64,000 nucleotides of DNA from Macrostomum lignano (lineage: Eukaryota): positions 124,001 to 188,000 of the forward strand of contig NIVC01001208.1 in the NCBI GenBank assembly GCA_002269645.1, read 5' to 3'. The notes below the pieces were generated by a model, which saw only the letters and a program-made list of their open reading frames with translations, did not search any database and was not told the origin of the DNA. Below are positions 55,807 to 64,000 of the stretch, piece by piece. How positions within the stretch are numbered: the first letter of the stretch is position 1; the number at the start of each line of letters is the position of its first letter. The translations under genes and the position numbers were made by a program.

Positions 55807-58800
55807 TCTGGCAGGACCAAGCGATGGCAGCGGAGCGCCCGTCGGCGTGTTGAGCGCCGGCGTGAGCGGAACCGACGAGGCCGGCTGCGTGGCGCCGCCC
55901 GTCGAGCTGCCGCGCGGGTCCACTCGGATCCTCCGGGTGGCGCCGGGGACCGTGAGGCTCAACTGCATCGAGCCCCAGCCGTACCACAGGGCATGCTTCG
56001 GGTCGGGACGCTGAACTGCCGCACTCTCAAGGCTGCTTGGCGTAGAGGGGTGCTAGCGAAGCTGGCGTACGACCTGAGCTGCGACATCATCTCGCTGCAG
56101 GAGGTGCCTATCAAGGCCGACCCGGGACTTCATTGTGAGGACTTGGGCGCCGGGTGGACCCTCTACTATACTTCTGCGGACCAGCGAGGCCGTGGAGGAG
56201 TTGGAGCGCTGATCGGGCCGAGGCTGCAGCAGAGCTGTCGCTGCGTCTCCCTGTCCCCCCGGTTGCTTCGGATCGACGTCCGGCTACGCGGTCGGAATGC
56301 TCGCCTGTTCTGCGCGTACGCGCCCCCTGCCACACGCCCTGACGAGGCTCAAGAGTTTTTCGAGCAGCTCTCAGCGCAGGTAGAGGCGACGGCGCAGCGT
56401 GACACAGCGGTCGCCCTCGGAGACCTGAACGCAGTCCTGCGTAGGTCCGAGAGGTCGCTGTTCGTGACGCCACGCGGGAACAACAACACCGAGGCACTGG
56501 AGGACTTCCTGGAGAGGCAGGACATGGTGTCGGCCAACACCCGCTTCCGCAAGCCACTGAGCGGTCTCGCAACCTTCGTGGGCTGCAAGCGGAGGCGACG
56601 GAACGCGCGTGGCAGGAACGCAACCCGGAGACAAGCACAGCTCGACCACGTGCTCGTGCGTTTCCGTGAGCGTCGTCGCGCCGTCAACTGCCGCACCATC
56701 ACGCCGCTGGCTCTGCGGTCCGATCACCGGCTCCTCATCTGCGACCTCAACCTTCGCGATCCGCTCTACCGTCCGCCGAAGCGGCCACCGCGGCGCTACT
56801 ACCGCGCGCTTAGAGCCACCGATACGCAGCGTCGCTTTGCTAGCGCCTTTAACACCGCGCTGGGCGACAAGCGTGGAAGTGCCGAGTATGCGATAGTGTG
56901 CGCTGCAGTCAGAACCGCCGCGGAGCAAGCAGTCCCGATGATGCAACCGGCTCAACGTGGGCAGCCGGTCTGGCAGGACGACCCTGCGATTCAGGCAGCG
57001 AGGGAAGATCTGGAGAAGCTCCGCCTGAGCAGGCGACCAACCCGCGAGGCAGAGGCAGCTCTGGCAGCTGTCTACCTGCAGCGCCAACAAGCGGCTGTCG
57101 ATGACGCCATTCAGGCTGTCTATGCCGCTGGGCCCGATGCCAGAGGGCGCGTGGCCTGGTCCGCCATCAACGCTCTGACGGGACGAAAGCGGCGAAATCC
57201 GCTGAACCTGGCTGGTGACACTCCGGACGAGCGTAGGAACGAGCTGCGCGAGTTCTTCGCCGCCATCGTCAACGCGCCGCCACCCCCGCTGCCAGACAGT
57301 CTGACGCTGCCGCCGGAGACGCCGTTGCCGGCAGAGGAGAGTTTCAGCGTAGCCCCAGTCAACGCAGCCGACGTTGTCAAGCTCGCCCAGCAGTCACCGG
57401 GCGGGAAAGCGCTGGGTCTGGACGAGGTGCCCATCGAGGCGATGCGCATCCCCTGTGTGGCCGCTGAGGTCGCCAGAGTGATGAACCGCGTGCTCTTCGG
57501 TGAGGCGGCGCCCAACGAATGGACCACGGCGCACATCGTCGCTGTTCCAAAGAAGCCGGGCACCACTAGGCTTGAAGACCATCGAGGCATCTGCCTTCAG
57601 TCCTGTGCAGCGAAGCTGTTCAACCGGATGCTGCTTTCGCGGTTGCAGCCCGTGCTGGATCCGTACCTGCGCCCAGAGCAGAACGGGTTCCGGCCCCATC
57701 GCGGCACAGTGGCGCAGATCCTGGCTCTTCGCCGAGTCATCGAGGAGGCGCGGATTCGTCAGTCGATACTGATTTTAATCTTTATTGATTTCAAGAAGGC
57801 ATTCGACTCGGTTGTCAGAGCCGTGCTTCCAATGGTGCTCCGCGCGTACAACGTGCCTGAGCAGCTGATCTCCGCCGTCATGGCGATGTACCGTGATACG
57901 ACAGCTGCTGTGACAACACTGGACGGCCTATCGGACTCCTTTGAGACATCCTCCGGAGTGCTTCAGGGAGATACGCTGGCGCCGTTTCTGTTCGTCCTGG
58001 TGCTTGACTGGGTGCTGCGGACTGCTCTTCCTACCGACGACGACGGTTTTCTGCTGCAGCGACGCGTGGGTCAACGTCAACCGGAGAAGCGGCTCAGCGT
58101 GCTTGGCTACGCCGACGACCTCGCCCTGCTGTCCTCGACCGTCGAGGGCGCCCAACGGCAGCTGGACAGGCTGGTTGCCGTTGCGGCGAGTGTCGGCCTG
58201 GTGGTCAACACGCAGAAGACCGTTGTGCTCTGCGTGCCGGACGACATCGAGGCTGCAATATTTTGCCGAGGCGCTGACGGGCAGGCGACCGAACTCCCGC
58301 GATGTCAGCAGTTCATCTACCTCGGCGGTCTGGTTCCAGACGCTCGCGAGGACCTGCGACGCCGCCGCGGGCTTGCCTGGGCTGCCTTTCGTTCTGTGAG
58401 GGCAGTCCTGCAGTCCGAGGCCCTACCGGACCGCCAGAGGGCGGCGCTGTTCCAGGCGGTAATCGAGACCGTCCTGCTGTACAACGCCGAGACCTGGACG
58501 CTGACGGACTCACTCGAACAGCAAGTCGATGCGGCGCACGCTGGTCTGCTGCGCGCCGCCTTCAACATCGGCGTCGAGCGAGTCACCAACGCGGCACTCT
58601 ATCGCCGCGCTGGCCTGCCACGTCCAAGTGATCTACTGCGCCGTCGGCGACTCCAGCTCGCAGGCCATCTCATCCGCGCCGAGTCGTACTGCCCACAGCC
58701 GGTGCAGGAGGTGCTGCTGCTCACGCTGCAGGCACCCTACCGGCGAGGTCAAGCGCGAACTCGGCGTTATGTCGACTGTCTGCTGGCTGACGCCGGCGCC

Positions 58801-58905
58801 CCGGACACTGCCGGTGGCGCGGCCTTTGTTCGCGCCCAAGCCATGAAGCGCGCCCTGTGACGCTGACTTTTACCATCATGACAGCGTATTTTGTTGTTGT
58901 TGTTG
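55807..58905 (+). mobile_element. Intact RTE-clade-like non-LTR retrotransposon with a 10-bp TSD
   Basis: TSD TATGGTCTGA at 55797-55806 and 58906-58915; (TTG)n tail; a single uninterrupted EN-RT ORF. Confidence 0.93.
55993..58860 (+). CDS. AP-endonuclease plus reverse-transcriptase polyprotein (955 aa)
   Basis: EN motifs GTLNCRTL, LQEV, AYAP, LGDLNA, QLDH, SDH; RT motifs QNGFR, FIDFKKAFDSV, QGDTLAPFLF, YADD. The true start could lie further upstream. Confidence 0.92.
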   Translation: MLRVGTLNCRTLKAAWRRGVLAKLAYDLSCDIISLQEVPIKADPGLHCEDLGAGWTLYYTSADQRGRGGVGALIGPRLQQSCRCVSLSPRLLRIDVRLRGRNARLFCAYAPPATRPDEAQEFFEQLSAQVEATAQRDTAVALGDLNAVLRRSERSLFVTPRGNNNTEALEDFLERQDMVSANTRFRKPLSGLATFVGCKRRRRNARGRNATRRQAQLDHVLVRFRERRRAVNCRTITPLALRSDHRLLICDLNLRDPLYRPPKRPPRRYYRALRATDTQRRFASAFNTALGDKRGSAEYAIVCAAVRTAAEQAVPMMQPAQRGQPVWQDDPAIQAAREDLEKLRLSRRPTREAEAALAAVYLQRQQAAVDDAIQAVYAAGPDARGRVAWSAINALTGRKRRNPLNLAGDTPDERRNELREFFAAIVNAPPPPLPDSLTLPPETPLPAEESFSVAPVNAADVVKLAQQSPGGKALGLDEVPIEAMRIPCVAAEVARVMNRVLFGEAAPNEWTTAHIVAVPKKPGTTRLEDHRGICLQSCAAKLFNRMLLSRLQPVLDPYLRPEQNGFRPHRGTVAQILALRRVIEEARIRQSILILIFIDFKKAFDSVVRAVLPMVLRAYNVPEQLISAVMAMYRDTTAAVTTLDGLSDSFETSSGVLQGDTLAPFLFVLVLDWVLRTALPTDDDGFLLQRRVGQRQPEKRLSVLGYADDLALLSSTVEGAQRQLDRLVAVAASVGLVVNTQKTVVLCVPDDIEAAIFCRGADGQATELPRCQQFIYLGGLVPDAREDLRRRRGLAWAAFRSVRAVLQSEALPDRQRAALFQAVIETVLLYNAETWTLTDSLEQQVDAAHAGLLRAAFNIGVERVTNAALYRRAGLPRPSDLLRRRRLQLAGHLIRAESYCPQPVQEVLLLTLQAPYRRGQARTRRYVDCLLADAGAPDTAGGAAFVRAQAMKRAL

Positions 58906-58924
58906 TATGGTCTGAACTCAACTG

Positions 58925-59530
58925 GTTAATGTCTTAAATACTCTCCCCATACACGGTTTTAGCCATAGACAATCGTGAAAGCGTGGGTTGAATATGGTTA
59001 GTCCTAGCCGTGTCTTATATTCAATGGATCTCCCCATACACGGTTATGGCCATAGACTATCGTCGAAGCGGTGGGTTGAATACATGGATGAATGAATAGA
59101 ATGGATTGCTATTCTGGCTCTGGCTATTTTCGTTTTTGACTCTTTTGCATCCGGTTCCCCCCGTGCCTTTTCATTGGTTGATGATTGCCATAGACAATTT
59201 TCGGCCTTCGCCCCTTTCTTTCGATGCACAAGCGCAAAGAACTGATTTTATTGTAGACGAATCGACTCTCGAATCGTGCTTGTAGGTCTTCCCCCTTTAT
59301 TTCAAAACACGAGCGAAAGCGCTTGTGCATCGAAAGAAAGGGGCGAAGGCCGAAAATTGTCTATGGCAATCATCAACCAATGAAAGGCACGGGGGGGAAC
59401 CGGATGCAAAAGAGTCAAAAACGAAAATAGCCAGAGCCAGAATAGCAATCCATTCTATTCATTCATCCATGGTTGAATATGGCCATGTCTTAAATTGAAT
59501 GCTTACCCAATACACGGTTTTGCCCATTGA
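58925..59530 (+). repeat. Three degenerate about 95-bp tandem units, interrupted by a MITE
   Basis: tgtctta...cc(c/a)atacacggtt.t.gcc.at.gac recurring at about 58930, 59010 and 59485. Confidence 0.7.
59083..59471. mobile_element. Fold-back MITE (hAT-like by its 8-bp TSD)
   Basis: About 153-bp arms 59083-59235 and 59319-59471, differing only in two homopolymer lengths; 83-bp loop; TSD GTTGAATA at 59075-59082 and 59472-59479; termini CATGG/CCATG. Confidence 0.88.
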
Positions 59531-59732
59531 CATTCTCAGCGGGCGGTCTGTCTGCTGTGCGTTCCAGCTTCGACATATTCAGGCATAGCAACTTAACACG
59601 CATTGAATGCATGCAACATGTATGAATTAAGCTTTCGTCGTAATACCAAAGATCAGAATTATCTCTATATGACCAAATCCAAAGGTCTAATATAAATGAG
59701 CAATCTACTCAACTCGTAGTTCTACTGGCTAT

Positions 59733-60732
59733 TCAGGCAATAACAGTTTTATCCTTAGTCCAAACGGTGCACCCAGCGCAGTAGTGAGTTCCGATGAGCA
59801 CGATGGCGCCAATTGAGACAGCAAATGCTGGCCAGATGGCGCAGTGCTTAGCCTGCTCTTTTGTGTAGATCTTAGTGAGCAGCACCGATCTCTTGGGGTC
59901 AGTGTTGTCGTCACCTCGATAATAGCAGGTGAAGTTTCTTCTATGCCTCAGGGTGCGAATGTAGCGCTGGGTCATCTCTACGTTCTCCGTTGGCTCTGGC
60001 AGACAGGGCGAGGAACTGCAGCCCTCCTGATTGGGGCGGAGTTGAGGGGTAGGAAAATTCAAACGACCTGAATGTACATTTAGGGGTAGAGGGAGGCCAG
60101 AAGTGTACAGTAAGGGTTTGAAATAGCTCATATGTACAGCGAAAGGCAGAGATCGAGAGACCGATGATGCGCAGTGAAGTTTGGAAAGGGAATGTATGTA
60201 CATTTGGAAAGAATGATGATGTACAGTGAAGGGCAGAAGGGAATGTACATAGATAAAGGGCAGAGAGACGCACCGTAATGTGCTCATTGAAGAGGGTGTT
60301 TCTGTTCATTCGGAGGAAGGTTTTTAGAAAGATAGTGACCTGAGTATGTACAACAGTTTGGCTGAAATTATTCGTTTGTACACACACCTCGTACACGTCG
60401 GAAAACGTCAAGTAGTTCTCAAACAGAGTTCCAGCTGTTGACAGACCAGACACGTTGACCCGAACAACGTAGCATGGGAATCTGCACTTCTCCTTCTTGC
60501 ACAAGTAGCCATAGCTTTCCCGTTGGTTGCGCATGCAATAGTGCAAATCTTCGCCAAGATATTCGCAGCTGGTCGGTTGAAATTGCGACTCGCGATAGTA
60601 CGGCAATATGATGAGATAGGCAAGGATGCTGGACACTATTAAACCGCAGGCGATCAACGATACGCAGGTGAGGAATACAATCTTTGCCAAGCCGATGACG
60701 TTGCAAAGTTTGTGGCATCTGCGTAAAGCCAT
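59733..60732 (-). CDS. BK-channel beta-subunit-like protein (KCNMB/CaKB family), paralogue C, about 212 aa
   Basis: Exons 60732-60388 and 60026-59733 (phase 0). MALRRCHKLCNVIGLAK...IILPYYRESQFQPTSCEY...FPCYVVRVN / EGCSSSPC...NFTCYY...SVLLTKIY...HCAIWP; clear paralogue of B. Confidence 0.88.
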
Positions 60733-60959
60733 GACGAAACACTTAAAGGGAATCTTTGGTTAGAGCGCTGTTCTCGTGTGGACTTGCTTTATACTATTTG
60801 AATATGCATTGTGCGAACATGGTTGGCTGGCTGGCAAATGGAAGCCTTCAGCTGGGCCCAGTCTGCTGCATTGCGGCATTGAGATTTACATTTCTGGCGG
60901 GGTGATTCTGAAACCAGTCTGATATTGGTGGCCATTTTTGGCTGTATATTTAGGGCGAG

Positions 60960-61300
60960 GCGATTCTTGGGGGGTTGATTTGGGATGATTCTTGAGGGGT
61001 TGATTTGGAGGTAATTCTTGAGGGATGGATTTAGCGGTGATTCTTGAAGGGTTGATTTGGGGCGATTCCTGATGGGTGGATTTGGGGCGATTCCTGATGG
61101 GTGGATTTGGGGCGATTCCTGATGGGTGGATTTGGGGCGATTCCTGATGGGTGGATTTGGGGCGATTCTGATGGGTGGATTTGGGGCGATTCCTGATGGG
61201 TGGATTTGGGGCGATTCGGGATGGGTAGATTTGGGGCGATTCCTGAGGGGTAGATTTTGAATTGTTGCTAGCAGGGGTAGATTTGGGGCAATTCTTAAAA
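60960..61300 (+). repeat. 25-bp G-rich minisatellite upstream of paralogue C
   Basis: Unit tgatgggtggatttggggcgattcc. Confidence 0.9.
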
Positions 61301-61439
61301 GGTAAGGGGTAGATTTGGAGTTGATGCTAAGTGGTAGGTTTTAAGCGATTCTCTCCAAGTTTAAAGGAAGTTTTGATGCTACATGTACATATTAGGACAA
61401 AGAACCCACTTTCAGGCGCTTTTCATGAAGTTTCTGATA

Positions 61440-61730
61440 GCTTGTGATAGCTCATACTTCGTATTTGTCTTGCGTGATTGGAAATACAAATAGTTCCTCC
61501 CTCCAAAGTTCCAACAGTGTCACAATCTGATCTGTCTGAGGAATCTGCTGTCCGCCAATAATCTCCTCCAGAAATTGCATTGGACGACTCGTCACTTCTC
61601 AGTTTCGCTTCCCGAATGCCTAGTAAATCCGCCGACAAAGTTGAGTTGGTAATTCCTAATTATCCGCAGGATCATGTGGGGCAGAGTTTTCGCATTTTCC
61701 CCAGCTTATGCGCGTGTTTAGTAAAAGAAT
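61440..61730 (-). pseudogene. Possible decayed AP-endonuclease fragment of a transposon
   Basis: LLNTR..., SADLLGIREAKL..D....I.G......DR......GG.I resembles APE motifs I-II. Weak. Confidence 0.25.
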
Positions 61731-62348
61731 AAGAAAACTTACTGTATCAGAATTCAGCACCATATGGTTCCCTATATGATATTACATATGTATTGTTGCT
61801 GACTCCACACTTGACTGCTCACGATTTAGGTTAGGGCTAGGGTTTATGTTGTTTTAGTAAAAAATTAGGGCTGGTAGTCAATTGTTTGCAGTCAAAAGGG
61901 ATTGGGAGTCAAACGTCACAGACAGTTTTTGACAACTTCACTTTAATTGCAGCAAACAATCTATTGACTTTTTAGAGGCATGGATTCGTAAAGTGCAAAA
62001 CCATCTGCAAGAACAAGTACAGTTTAAGTAACTTTCGATACATATCGGATAATTTTTAGAATATTAAAATCTAACAATTTTTTGTGAATTTAAATGTGAA
62101 CTTTTTATCTCTTTCGATACATATCGGCTAATCGCTACTACAATAGTGCTTTATTGACATAAAATAAAAAGAAAGGGCATTTAATCCTTTTATCGTAAAA
62201 TCACGCCGACTTGTTTGGCTATGCAATTTTTATTTTAAATAATCAATTAATATATTAAAGTACAATGTAATAGCATAATTGAAATTGGTATAGCCTTATG
62301 CTATTCAATGCAGACAAGCACAAACGGGGTGAAATTAAACAAAGGTGA

Positions 62349-62401
<53 letters not shown>
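62349..62401 (+). repeat. (GA)n microsatellite
   Basis: Directly visible. Confidence 0.95.
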
Positions 62402-62403
<2 letters not shown>

Positions 62404-63659
62404 GTAACTCAGTCACCGAATGACCATCCGAGTCCCCACTCTCCTCGGCATCGCCTTATTTTAGTCGACTAGTCCATTTTTTGTTTTTACCCTACTAAAT
62501 TAGTAGGAAAACGCAAACTGTGCTACTGATAGTACGAGTGTCGGTTATTATTGTCAATATTCATTCGAATGGCAGATGTATGAATAATTTAGCAGCCAAA
62601 AATGTGTAGAGATGCTGATGATTTCAGCCCAAATAAATTTGGGGTTGCAAGGAGACGGTGCTAATAATTATGAATATTGCATTCGCTTTAATGGAGGTGC
62701 TTTATTAAATTTACAATCTAGTAAAAATAATAGTAAAAACAATCGATATTATATAAGATCAAACTCAAACAGAGAGCAGTAAAGCAAAATAAGCAAAGTT
62801 AGACTTTAATCTATTCGCTATTTAAGCCTTTCTTAAAATAGCAAATCGGCGAAATTAAAGCCAGGGTAAAATTTCAACTAAAAATTGGTTATGCGGCAAC
62901 AAAACACACTAATATAACAAATTTATGAGCGCTTCAACACCGGAAAATAGGTCGAAAATAGAGAATGTATCGTTTTTTATACTAGCAGTAGCATCGTTGG
63001 TTTTTTTATCGATGCATAATTGGACTTTATTTCCGAAGAATGAATGCAACCAGAAATTAGGAATCACAGTTTAGGATTATTGAAAATCTGAACTTTTTTA
63101 ATAATAAAAAGTAAACTTAAATTTAAACCCTAAAATACAAATACAACAAACAAAAGTCAATAGAGTACAATTTAGAAACACAACACAAAATTATTTGCAC
63201 TAACGACGCCATGTAAATATCGTAGGAGCACTAACTAACAAGTATAATACAACTAAATTTAATATTGTACAGGTTCAGAGCAAAGACTCGACACAGTAAA
63301 TAAAACGAATAACTTGAGAAAACGTGCAACAAAGCTGTTATTACTATCATTATTATTAAATCATTAGTAAGTAAGTACAAGAGATTCAATGAAATAAATA
63401 ACTTTCTAGACGGCATACGAAAAAAATAGCCAATGACATTCGCTACAGTACAGATAGATATAAACGGTTAAGGAGAATGTCACGCACTGATTTCTACAAG
63501 TTTTATGCATAGAAAAGCAAAGTGTGGAAAGATGATAAACATAAACGAAATAGACGTTTAATATAATGAAGGATATGGAGCAATGCGTAAGTACTAGGAG
63601 CTCGCACAAACCCTCTTAAAATTTTGCAGCGAGAAACTGGCTTTAGTAAAATGTACACT

Positions 63660-64000
63660 CGATTTCTAAAAATAGCCACATGCTCCCTCCAGCCCAGTCA
63701 AAATCTCTACCCCGTCTAGATGTACACCCGATTTCTAAAATTTCTAAAAATAGCTACATGCTCCCTCCAGCCCAGTCAAAAGCTCTACCCCGTCTAGATG
63801 TACACCCGATTTCTAAAAATAGCCACATGCTCCCTCCAGCCCAGTCAAAATCTCTACCCCGTCTAGATGTACACCCGATTTCTAAAAATAGCTACATGCT
63901 CCCTCCAGCCCAGTCAAAAGCTCTATCCCGTCTAGATGTACCCCGGTTCTAAAAATAGCCCACATGCTCTCCCAGCCATGACTCTACCCAGCCTTGATGT
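63660..64000 (+). repeat. 69-bp tandem repeat (about 4-5 units, runs to the window edge)
   Basis: atttctaaaaatagc(c/t)acatgctccctccagcccagtcaaaa(t/g)ctctaccccgtctagatgtacacccg. Confidence 0.92.

Noticed and set aside
52625-58210. The two LINE copies as a young palindrome driving B/C conversion
   Set aside because: The copies are visibly diverged, with many amino-acid and synonymous changes, so stable pairing is unlikely.

Overview
Eukaryotic (animal) genomic DNA with GT-AG introns and no prokaryotic features. The repeat-laden style suggests a flatworm such as Macrostomum, but that is inference only. Reconstructed genes: a coiled-coil plus probable BEN-domain gene (2377-3589, -), head-to-head with a complete 10-exon HID1 orthologue (4939-17872, +); a two-pore-domain TWiK/KCNK K+ channel with a very long extracellular cap (23693-27863, -); a kune/sinuous-like claudin (36164-38172, -); and three two-exon paralogues resembling BK-channel beta subunits (KCNMB/CaKB family) at 46831-48030 (-), 50859-52307 (+) and 59733-60732 (-). 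The last two paralogues share a near-identical 156-nt terminal tract, a gene-conversion signature. Between them lie a decayed RTE-like LINE with a twin-priming-type 5' inversion, an intact TSD-flanked RTE-like LINE, and a fold-back MITE with an 8-bp TSD. More than 25 distinct mini/microsatellite arrays fill introns and UTRs, and they explain most of the long ORFs in the supplied track. Coordinates were read by eye; array edges are approximate.
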